A DNA stretch of 61,884 bases, filler included, from Basidiobolus ranarum (lineage: Eukaryota), in assembly GCA_040143965.1 (NCBI GenBank). It is 19 parts of 19 records of this genome, joined end to end, with 100 filler letters (N's around TTAATTAATTAA, not from the genome) between each part and the next. Parts side by side here need not be neighbours in the genome. Positions count along the whole stretch, not along the records: positions 48,984 to 52,135 come from JASJQH010009566.1; positions 52,236 to 55,386 come from JASJQH010009567.1; positions 55,487 to 58,635 come from JASJQH010009568.1; positions 58,736 to 61,884 come from JASJQH010009569.1; 15 more parts are not named here. One strand, 5' to 3'. The notes under the pieces were generated by a model. That model made no database searches, was not told the origin of the DNA, and saw only the letters and a program-made list of their open reading frames with translations. Positions 51,334 through 61,884 of this stretch are shown here, in pieces. Numbering within the stretch: the first letter of the stretch is position 1; the number at the start of each line of letters is the position of its first letter. The position numbers were made by a program, and so were the translations under genes.

Positions 51334-52135
51334 TTAATCAGACTTAGACTTCTTCTTCTCTTTCTTTTCTTTCTTATCCTTTTTCTCCTTCTTTTCTTTC
51401 TTCTTCTCTTTCTTTTCCTTCTTCTCTTCCTCTGAGTCACTGCTATCAGCCTTTCTCTTCTTAGAAGACTCTTCGACGGCAGCTACTTCAACAGACTTCT
51501 GAGCGACGGGAGTAACTGGGACGACAGGAGCGACTGGGGTAGCAGCGGCAGCAGCTTCGGCATCATTGTAGTCAACATAAGAACCCTTCCAGGTGCTTGG
51601 GGTTTGTTCGTTAGCGCGACCATACTTGTCAAGTTTGCCTTCTTTGATGAGCTTCTTCTTCTCAAGAGCCTTAGGACCTAATCCCCACTTACGAGGATAA
51701 GTATCACGCTCCATGACTACTCTCTTGATCTTGGCTACAACACCGTGATCACATGTAGCCATAACAGCAGTGGTCATCATAGCAATACCCAAAGCAATAG
51801 CTTCACCCTTAGTTGTCATAAGAACAACTTCTTCTCCAACTTCAATACCAGATTCATAACGAAGTAAACCAGGAACCATCACCTTGGCACCATAGCAAAT
51901 AGCATTGACAGCACTGTCCTTGATAACAATACGCTTATAAGAGGTAAGGAGCATTTCAAGAGGACGGATTACGCGACGCAAGTAAGTCTCATCCTTTGTG
52001 TTATCATACACCCATTGAGCATCCAAGACATCAAGCTTCGTACCCATGCCTTTTTTAAAATAATCAGCCCCGTAACCAACACGACGGAGTTCTTGCATGT
52101 GACCACCAACACCAAGGAGCAAACCCAAATGAACA
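51334..52135 (-). CDS. CBF5: H/ACA snoRNP pseudouridine synthase (dyskerin), C-terminal half; 5'-truncated
   Basis: [25 protein letters not shown] (PUA domain), [28 protein letters not shown] and a KKE-repeat tail. Confidence 0.98.
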
Positions 52136-52235
52136 NNNNNNNNNNNNNNNNNNNNNNNNNNNNNNNNNNNNNNNNNNNNTTAATTAATTAANNNNNNNNN
52201 NNNNNNNNNNNNNNNNNNNNNNNNNNNNNNNNNNN

Positions 52236-52510
52236 GTTATGATGCATATATCAGAAACAGAAAGCAACGTATCTATAGTCCCTATATTCTAAATAGGAAT
52301 ATCTCTATATCTATATAACAAGTATGTCTTATTACCCCCACTTATCCATTATATCTTATTACACAAACTCCTGAATATCTCAAACAATTGATTTACTTTT
52401 CTACTATGTAAGTCACCATATACTCTTAAGAATAAACTAACTAAAACACACTATCATATGTTGCTTCTAATGCCCAAAGTCTACTGCTATTATGTCAAGA
52501 TCCTCCAATA
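52236..52510 (+). mobile_element. LTR family B (3' part) abutting or inserted into LTR C
   Basis: Reverse-complement match to 54893-55170; ends GATCCTCCAATA. Confidence 0.85.
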
Positions 52511-54065
52511 GAGAGCCTGTAGGAAGTGGTTTGGAGAATTAGAGGAATTGGTGATTTTGCACTTATTGATTTATTGAGTAGAAAGTTGACATTTATAGTT
52601 TTGTCAAGATGATAGCAAACTAACATGTAGAATGTGCTAAAGAAGGTCCCAGGAACATGTGAGCAAAGTTTGGGGCTTCTGGCACAAGTTTCAAAAATTT
52701 ATATATCTTAGAACTTCAATGTTGGTAAAAATATTTGAACTGAATTCCAATTGAGAATAATGAATAATATCTTGGTGAATTATAAAAGAACTAAGTACTA
52801 AGCTATATTTGACTATATAGATCTTTAGGCGAAGCTAATTGTAACACTCTCCCTCAACTAACTAGTCCCATAAACTAATCCTAATAAAGGTCTAAATTTG
52901 TCAAATTTCTGTTTAGCTAATGGTTTGGTTAATATATCAGAAATCATGTCTTTGGTAGATCAATAAGTTAAGTCAAGAAAGTTACTCTCTATAGCTTCTC
53001 TAATGAAGTGATGCTTAATATCTATGTGTTTGCTCCTATTATAAAACACAGGATTTTTAGAAAATTTGATACAACTTTGATTATCTTGAAATATAGTACT
53101 TTGTGAATTTTGAAAATAACTTAAATATGTCAAGAGTTTTCTTAACCATATTGCTTCATTTGTAGCTTCACAGGCAGCCATGTATTTTGCTTCTGTTGTT
53201 GAAAGTGTAATGGGAGATTGTTTCTTTGAACTCCAAAAAATAGCTCCATTACAGCAAAGAAATAAGTATCCCATTGTAGATCTCCTTTCTTCAATATCTG
53301 CTCCCCAATATGCATTTTGTTTGAATCCAAGAACATCTGATTTGATATATTTTTGGTCAACTTAAAATTTGTCTCTACTGGGGTAGGTACTGGAACACAT
53401 TCTCCCATTTTAAACTTCTTTGTTATGTCTAGGATATACTTAGACTTGTTTAAAGTTATTGTTTTTGTAGTCATATCTATCTTAATTTGGATTCCAAGAT
53501 AGTATTTCAGTTTACCAAGATCAGTCATTTTGAATTTTGCAGATAAGCTGGATTTGGCTTTCTCCAAAGTCTTCAAGTTGTTAGTTGCTGTAATAAGGTC
53601 ATCAACATATCAGGCTAATTGAACTGGGTTTGTCTTATCCGGAATGAAGTAGATACTATAGTCACCATTACTCTTTTAGAATTTGAGTGTTTCCAAAAAA
53701 GCATCCATCTTGCTACTCCAAGCTGATTGAGATTGATTTAAGCCATATATTGTTTTCTGGAGTCAGCAAAGTTTTTTTGGGTTTTCTAGGTCCACAAATT
53801 CATCTGGCTGATCCATATTGATCTCCTCAGCAAGTTCACCTTTCAAAAAATTAGCCTTAACATCCATTTGATTTATAATCAACTGATATTTAGCTGAAAT
53901 TGTTGACATCAATCTAATTGATTAAACTATGCTACAGGAGCAAAAGTTTCTGTATAATCTACTCCTGGTGTTTGGGAATAGGTTTTGGCTACAAGTCTAG
54001 CCTTGTAACTTTCTACATTGCCATTAGAGTTGTATTTAACTTTAAAACCCATTGGCAGTCAATTG
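52511..54065 (-). mobile_element. Copia family C 3' half: RT, RNase H, PPT and 3' LTR (from 52846 leftwards)
   Basis: [22 protein letters not shown] and SKHIDIKHHFIRE motifs; PPT GAGGGAGAG then TGTTAC. Confidence 0.93.
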
Positions 54066-54069
54066 ATTT

Positions 54070-54892
54070 CATTCATCAGGAGTATTTTCAAAAGTATGAA
54101 GAGAAAAATGCAGTGCAAATATGCCAAAAGTGGCTTCAGAAAAAGAGCATTCAACTTGACATTCAGTCTGGTGTTTACTATGCAGATATCTGGGAAGAAC
54201 TTAATACAGAGTGGCACAATATTGAAGGGTATCTGCCAGATAGCTGGAAGAATGTTGATTCAGCAACATTAATAAAATGGTGGGCTTTGATGGAGATATT
54301 GATACAAACTTGTGTTGGATATGAGCTAAACCTTGGGTATCAAGAACTCCATAAAAATATTCAGGAGAATACATCAATGAAACTAGGGATTTTGAAGGTG
54401 ACAAATCAGTGTTCCAGTGGTAAATGTGTAAAATTTGAGTTATGTTTTTTGCACATGTGTTGATTCATAGTTCTCTGAGATTGTAGCCAATTATGTGCAA
54501 CTATTTTGCAAGATCTCAAAATTTCACTCCTGAAATTGAAAAAATTGATTAAAATCAAATCTAACTTGAAGATTTCATGGTGGTAAGTAAACAGTCAATC
54601 CAAAATGGATTAAAATTGTGACAGTTTTCCTACAATAACAATCCTCAAATTTCTATCAGGGGTTCAAGATACTCAAAATTATTGTTTTAGCCATGGGGTA
54701 ATATATTCAAGCAATAACACATCTACTTATGGCAGGACAGTTGTTGACTGCAAGTTGGGGATAATTTGGCTGAATTCTTTACAGAAAATTGCCAAAATCC
54801 AAGAGCTTTTTCTGATTGTGAATGGTAACAGGAGTCAGCTATTTGCCATGTGTCAGTGCTAATCAAAATTTCTGATGTTTAGCAATTTTTCC
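54070..54892 (+). repeat. Copy 2 of the decayed intron-containing multicopy ORF
   Basis: Homologous to 5535-6120 (inverted); 77-nt intron GTAAGT...CAG at 54583..54659. Confidence 0.8.
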
Positions 54893-55386
54893 TGTTGGAG
54901 GATCTTGACATAATGGGGGTAAACTTTGGGTCTTAGAAGCAACTTATAATAGAGTGTTTTAGTTACTTTATTCTTAAGAGTGTATGGTGACTTATATGGT
55001 AGAAAAGTAAATCAATTGTTTTGAGATATTCAGGAGTTTGTGTAGTAAGATATAATAGATAAGTGGGGGTAATCAGGCATACTTGTTATATAGATGGAGA
55101 GATATTCCTATTTAGAATATAGGGGCTATAGATACATTGCTTTCTGTTTCTGATATATGTATCAAAACTAAAGTTAACTATAATGTTGAATGAAGATCAA
55201 ATATCCAACATCTTTCCTTAATTCTTATTCAGCATTGTGCCTATATTCACCAATGCCTATTCCTGCTCTTAACTTCTCAGAGCTTGAAGTTTTGAGTGGT
55301 TTTGTTAGTATATCTGCAAGCATGTTTTCAGTATTACAATAAATAAAGTTCACTTCTTTGTCTTGAACTTTCTCTTGCATACCATG
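54893..55386 (-). mobile_element. Copia family B 3' end: RNase H tail, PPT and a complete 318-bp LTR (54893-55210)
   Basis: YCNTENMLADILTKPL; PPT AAGGAAAGA; LTR with TGTTGGA...TCCAACA termini. Confidence 0.92.
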
Positions 55387-55569
55387 NNNNNNNNNNNNNN
55401 NNNNNNNNNNNNNNNNNNNNNNNNNNNNNNTTAATTAATTAANNNNNNNNNNNNNNNNNNNNNNNNNNNNNNNNNNNNNNNNNNNNATTGAGTATCGGCC
55501 CCCTTTGGGGGGCCCCCAGGGGGGGGGAATTAAGAAGCGACCGTCCCCCCGGGTTCGGTTTATTGGTAG

Positions 55570-57127
55570 CAGACTAAAGTCATGCTAATAGTCTCTATCT
55601 TGAATGAAATTATTCTCTATTCAGATGAATTCTAGTGTTTCCATGACAAAGCACAAAAACTGAATCCAAGCTAAGCCAGATCAGCTCTCATCCAATATTG
55701 AACCTCCAGATGAAGATGACATAGTCATGATACTATTTGGGAGCCTGCCAGACAAGTTTGGGAACCTCATAGTTGCCCTAGGATCAAGATCAGAGTATCT
55801 GGCAATCAAATATGCTGATGCCAAGACTTTAAAAGAGGAATTTAGGAGATTTATATTGTCAGCAAAATGATGCTGATCAAGCTTTTTTTGGAGTAGGAAA
55901 TGTCCAAAGGATCTGATAAAGGTGCCCATGAGAGTATGTCAATTATTGGCATGTGTCTCAGGAAACTAGGACATTAGATCAAATATCATCAAAAGAGGAT
56001 TTTTACTAAATAGCTGAAATTGAAACAAGCTACAAAGTAAGCACTGATAAGCATCATTTGGTCATGTCTGCCCTATCATTAAGAACTAAGGAGGACTCAA
56101 AAACATGATACATTAATTCAGGAGCTTGTCAATATATGTCAAATAGGAAAGATTGGTTTTGCTGCTTAAAACCTTTTAAGCAAGACCAAATGCACTATCA
56201 CAGATTAGGATAACAGCAAAATTAACTGCTGGGATCATAACTCAAACTAGATAGAGGCCAGAAATTGGCAAATTGCTTTATGAGCTTGCAAACTTAGCCA
56301 AAACCAGTAAAATAAGTTGTCAAACTAGGCATAGAAGATAAAGCCACATTGGGGAACATAAATGACCCAAGTAATTCAAAATTGGCTGGTTTGAGCCTTG
56401 GAAATTGAAACAATCATCATATTAGATATGTGTGAAGGTTGCATACATGAAAAACATTAAAGACAGCTGTTTGCAAGTTCTGGAGAGATCATGCCCAGTC
56501 AGAACTTTGCCCTATTTTATTCTCACCTAAGTGGACCTATGCAATAAGTCCCACTAGGTAGCAGAAGATACTTCTTGACTCTTGATGATGAACAAGGATC
56601 TAATTGGAGAGAAAGAGACAGTAAAAAAAAGGATACTGATGAGTAATAAAGCTGGGGAGAACTACCCTATAGACTTTGCTAGTTTTGTTATAAATATGGA
56701 AATATGCAACAAACGCTCTCCCTTATACTCCACAGAAAATGGAGATTCAGAACATGCTAATCAAATCATACTGGAGATGGCAAGATCAATGTTTCATGAT
56801 CAAAAGTTAGATTACCAATATTGGGCTGAATCTGTCTCCACTGCAGTCTGTATGAAAACTAGATGCTAAAGAAGAGTGTTACAAGATTTTACTCCATTTG
56901 AATCCTTGTAAATATCAGGATCTTTGGTTGCATAGCATTTTTACCATTTCTTGCTCAAAGATGCTCTTAATTGGAGCCTGAATATAGTAAATGCATATTC
57001 CTTGATAACTGTGATGCATCTGAGACTGTTTAATATGAAAAATCAGATGTTTATTAAGTGCAAAGATGTGATTTTTGGTCACAGAGCAAGTTTTTCATCT
57101 GAAATCATAGTCATTGATCAAGAAAGC
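55570..57127 (+). mobile_element. Old, heavily mutated Copia family A internal region
   Basis: Collinear with 42640-44430, with many stops and deletions; interrupted by the next element. Confidence 0.88.
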
Positions 57128-58635
57128 TATTGAAATTAGGTAATAGCATCTCATTATTTAGAAGTTAGTTTATTCATATTTTGATTATTTAGCATGTATT
57201 TATGCCATTCAAAAATTTGTGTTTATTGCTCCAATTGATAGATATATCAATCAGATCACTTTGACCAATTTTCACTATTTTCTTGAATCTTCCCCAAATC
57301 ACCTCAAATCTTCACCCATGCTCAACAGGCATGTTTGTTAAGATCTAAGCACATCTAATGGTCAGTTTTATAGTAAACTACATATAGGCTCTATTCAATA
57401 ATCAATAATGCTTAAGTGTCTAATTCAAAATTCCAAATCTTGTCTAAAACATTTCCAAATCTCCTAAACACTTTTATCAGGTTATGAACCCTGAGCTAGT
57501 GGCTTAAAGAATGTCTGCCAGTACCATTAATAACTTTTTTGCATCTGTAGAGAAGTTTAATGGTGAAGACTCTCACCATTGGAAGTTCAAGATGTAAGTG
57601 GTGCTAGAAGACAAGGGCCTTTGGGAGTTTGTTACAGAAGAAGAAATTGCTCCAACAAGACCACCAAAGGCTATCCTTGCTATTCAGAAGAAGCAGAGTA
57701 AAGCACTCTCTACACCTTGTGTACATTACAAAGACTCTCAATTGAGGTACATGCACTAAGCCATAAACATCCAAACTGCTTGGGAAACACCTGAAGGACT
57801 ATATGAAACTAAAAGTCTGGCCAATAAGCTATTTTGTAGGCAAATATTGTTTTCAATTCTGATGTATTATGATGAATCTATGGCTGATCATAAAAATTTG
57901 ATCAAATCTTTGGCAGATCAGCTCTTATCCATTGGTGCACCTCTGAATGAAAAGGACCTAGTATTGACACTAATGGAAGCCAGCCAGAGGAGTTTGGGAA
58001 CCTCCAAATTGCCCTAGGTTCAATATCAGAGCCATTAATAACAGAATATGTTGGTCCTAGGCTGTTGAATGAAGAATGAACAAAATTTAATTTATGGCTA
58101 AATAATGTAGATCTGGCATTTTTTGTAGCTGTAAAACATCAAATGGGCTTCAATAATAGTGCCTCTAATAGAAAATCATTTATCTGCAAGTATTGCAAGA
58201 GACCAGGCCATTTAATCAAATATTACTTAAAAAGGATTTTTGCTGAAAAGCTAAAATCTGAACTAGGAAATCCAGTAAGCACTGATACAGAACATCTATA
58301 TGTGTCTGCCCTATCAGTAGCCTCTAAGGAAGAGTAAGAAATATGATACATTGATTCAGGAGCTTCACAGCACTTGTCAAACAGGAAGGTTGGTTTTGCA
58401 GCTTAAAATCCATTCAAACAAAGAAAGTCTACTTAGGAGATGCCTATGCACTAGATGCAGTATGGAAGGGCACAATTGTGCTCAATTTAGACCAAAATTC
58501 AGCTACACCATCCACAAAATTGTATGAAGTACTCTCTGTACCAAATATAGCTAGGACTCTTCTGTTAGTGAGCTCATAAACAAATCAAGGACTATACTTC
58601 ATGTTCAGCCAGGCTGGATGCACTATCACAGATCA
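57128..58635 (+). mobile_element. Copia family A 5' half nested in the previous copy: LTR 57128-57479, PBS, gag, protease
   Basis: LTR matches 21240-21591; PBS GGTTATGAACCC at 57480; EKFNGE..HHWKFK, CKYCKRPGH and IDSGASQH motifs. Confidence 0.93.
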
Positions 58636-58735
58636 NNNNNNNNNNNNNNNNNNNNNNNNNNNNNNNNNNNNNNNNNNNNTTAATTAATTAANNNNNNNNN
58701 NNNNNNNNNNNNNNNNNNNNNNNNNNNNNNNNNNN

Positions 58736-58897
58736 GCTTTCTTTTTTACATGGGGGATTGCATCCCCCATACCCCCTGCTTTCTTTTTATACTGGGAGGA
58801 CTGCATCCCCCAGACCCCCTCTTTTCATGCTTACCCTTGCCAGAACATCTTTACCTAAATAAAGTCCACACCACCTGGTGCTTTTCATCCCCCTAAG
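58736..58897 (-). repeat. Second, internally deleted copy of the GC-hairpin repeat
   Basis: Reverse complement of 28941-28972 joined to about 29100-29223. Confidence 0.75.
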
Positions 58898-60024
58898 ACT
58901 GCTACCGGTTATTTACAAAATGCAACTGCTACAGATACATACAAGTATTAGGATGGACTACTGATCATCAATGGAGAAATTTTGGAACTTTATAGTGTTT
59001 CTTTAACATTATGATATTTATATTATTTGTCTGGCTTGATAGAAAGCCCAAGCAATAGATATTTTAGCAACAACCATTTTGTCACCCTATTAACCATTCA
59101 CAATAACTTAAGAATCAGTTTTGCATAACAAATTTCAGAACTTCGTCACATTTTTTGTTACCAATTGGTATTACCATTGTTTCCTCTCGGAAACCTTAAA
59201 AAGTAATGCAGATCATGACTAGTAACATAATTCAGCACCTTATTCAGAACTTGAAAGTTGTATAGTAACGGTTTGCATTAGTATTCTCAATTCTTAGATG
59301 GGAAACTTTGGGTGATAGAAATCTCATTATATAAAGAGCAATTTCTTTAAGTTGTGGTTGTGTGTTGACCTGTTGCAGATATATACATATATATGTAAAT
59401 AATGAGATTAATTTTCTTGCTCTGCGATTTGAGAAATCCATCTGACATGAATAAACTCCAATATTATTTGTAAGTGATCACAAATAGTAATCCCATAAAT
59501 GAGTGTGATTCACATTTTGCTAATAAATATGGCGTAATATACTTTAGAATCATTAATTCTCAGTAGGAAACTTTTACCTGTTATTTTATAATAACAATTA
59601 GTTTTCAAATGATGTAATCGGGTTATTATAACTAACGTTTGATTAGAACAACCCAGGGGTCCTCGGATTGCAACCCGAGTACCTCAATTGCTGACTTGAG
59701 AAACTATTATATTTTCCCACAAAGCATTTAACCGAACATGAATTACTTCACCAGTCTATTTTCACCTGCTTTTAATGCACATTGATTTGTTATCGAGTTG
59801 ACTGTTTGTTAGAGAGTAATAGTAAGATTTATGTACCTGAGCTGCACTAGTATATAAACATATTAATAAACTAAATTAATATATAATTGATTACGTCACA
59901 ATATGCAGCGAATCAAAAGGTGCATCTTGAATGTAACTAAACTAGGCAAACTTGATAGAAATATTACTAAATATAATAATGTAGCTATACTAATACTCTG
60001 TAACTTTGGTTACAGATACCAGAT

Positions 60025-60410
60025 TTAAATCACGATAAGAGTGGGGTTTTGTAATAATTTATTCAATGATCCTATTATATAAATAGAAAGCTTATTGGTG
60101 AATTGAGTTACTAAATATCGGCAAAGACTTTGATACCGTCTTGAGAACGAACAGCTGCGTAAATGCTCAGACCTAAGGCGTTTAAAGGAGCACTCGGTTC
60201 TCAAGTTTGGTGTCATGCCAGTAGACAACTCTTGACTATTCTCAAGACAAATGATGGCAGTGATGCTCATCCCCAAAACATGTATCTTCGCGTCAATACC
60301 TTTACATCTGCCGGAAATTGATGATGTGCTGGCAGGTTCAGTACTGACGTTTACCACAGCATCCAGCGGCAACGGTTCAACAATTGAGGAAAAGATGGCG
60401 CTATTGATAA
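60025..60410 (-). CDS. Hypothetical small protein exon or remnant
   Basis: Open frame of about 125 codons after an acceptor-like TTCTTAG; higher GC than its flanks; no recognised domain. Confidence 0.3.
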
Positions 60411-61735
60411 ACTAAGAATGAAACGTATGTATATTTAGTAAATCAAAGACTTGATATATGAGGTGTGATCATTTTTCTTCGTTATTTGTACTAAATACTA
60501 AGATATAACATCCAAGGCCTATGTACTCCCTGCCTAAAGTAGAAACAAAAGCGAATTATTCGATATTGAATTGAATTAGAACTAGTAACAGTGCAGTTAT
60601 GTAATGTATGTACCTACTTTTAACAAATTCCTCTATTTCTATTGTTCAACATATAAAGATTGATCTTATTACTGCACAAAATCAAAGTGATAACAACTCA
60701 AAGATGATATACAATATAATATATTCCTCGAATTCTGGACTATGACTTCTGATTAACATTGTTGTTCCATTTCTTGTGAGTGTGGGCTTTACAAATACAT
60801 ATGTCAAGCGGTAACCTCGAGAATTATATGATACTGTGCGAAGGTTGAATTCAAGATGCTGTTGTCGTTCAGACATTTGTCACAGACGCTTTATCACTGA
60901 ATCCCAGCATTCGTATCAGTATTATGTATCCAAAATTTATATTGGCATCAAAAAAGAGAGGAATCTTGAAAAACAAGAACAAGGTGAAAATAAAGTGAAT
61001 TCTGCTGTAGATTCACCGTGTACATTTGATGTTCAACTACTGACACTACCATTAACAGTGAGAGGCTTGATTGAAGTGGTGTATCTAACTAGAATCAACT
61101 TTGTTATATATACCTATAAATCTGTTAGATTATTTGAAATGATATGAAAATTGGTACGGAATTCTTGATATTCGTAACTTCAAATTCACTCGCTTGGTCC
61201 ACTTGTTAGTAACCTAGAAGAAGTTCTAAATTAACTTGACCAAGTGACGTATGCTTACTTCATGCAATTTTTCTCTGTGGATAGTTATCATAGAATTCAC
61301 GAAATTTTAAAGTCATTAACCTTTTCGCAAGAGGGAAAACCAATCATAATGATCTCAAGATACATGGCAATAGCAATCACATCTGCGAATACGTTATCCA
61401 GAAATGGATTAAAGTGTCATATGCTTCTTGTAATCAGTGCATGTATCTCGCGTTCACTTAGAAAGGTTAATAATGGGAAATTAATAAGTCACGCAGTAGT
61501 TTGCTTCAATTCTTTTAGAGCAATTATAGTCACAAACAGATTGATTCCGTTGAAGTATTGCTAAAAATAACATAGCAAAGAACCTGCAGGAGTTTAGTAA
61601 TGGTGTTAAATTGTGTGGGAGGAAAAGTTAAAGCACTTCTAGTTGCATATCGGCAAGTATAAAACGCGATAGCATTTTGACCCGAGATATATCAAATTAT
61701 TCAGCTCACTTGTTAACTACTATCAACTAACTAGC

Positions 61736-61884
61736 ATGAGGATTACACTTTTCGCTTCTTTGTTCTACCTTACCACTGTAACTGCTCTACCTGCTTATAA
61801 TAATGGCCGCTCTGGTGGGGGTCACGATAGTGAAGAATAATGCAAAGGCCTCTCCGGTGATAAGACTGCCGACTACCAACATAT
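61736..61884 (+). pseudogene. Start of a secreted protein with an early in-frame TAA (or a 34-aa secreted peptide)
   Basis: TATAAAA about 75 bp upstream; reads MRITLFASLFYLTTVTA-LPAYNNGRSGGGHDSEE*CKGLSGDKTADYQH, and the frame stays open to the window end. Confidence 0.45.

Noticed and set aside
52030-52085. Divergent CBF5 segment ([18 protein letters not shown] versus the usual RVRSG......MVT.HD)
   Set aside because: Near the contig edge, with homopolymer runs, while the rest of the protein is canonical; most likely sequencing error.
49371-52135. ARG3 and CBF5 as a functional gene pair
   Set aside because: Ordinary convergent neighbours with no shared pathway.

Overview
This window is not one locus. 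It is 19 unrelated contigs of about 3.15-3.18 kb, in decreasing size order, joined by an artificial 100-nt linker (44 N + TTAATTAATTAA + 44 N). The DNA is from an AT-rich fungal nuclear genome with short GT-AG introns. The gene and transposon content suggests an early-diverging fungus, possibly Basidiobolus-like, but that is inference. Host genes, most of them truncated by contig ends: a PAS/GAF hybrid histidine kinase, a LEA_2 membrane protein, a secreted CBM9/DOMON-like protein, a fungal protein with a duplicated conserved domain, RPL3, a CAP/SCP protein, carboxypeptidase Q, an asparaginase-ankyrin protein, TOP3B, ornithine carbamoyltransferase and CBF5. About half the sequence is nested, strongly CpG-depleted Ty1/Copia and Ty3/Gypsy (chromovirus) debris. 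Three observations stand out. (1) Three otherwise intact genes for secreted-type proteins each carry a single in-frame stop at a Trp-type position (TAG, TAG, TGA); this fits restorative A-to-I editing or readthrough, but also fits recent G>A pseudogenisation. (2) A 282-bp solo LTR with a clean 5-bp target-site duplication carries a complete tRNA cloverleaf. (3) A decayed, multi-copy, intron-containing ORF of unrecognised family sits among the transposons.
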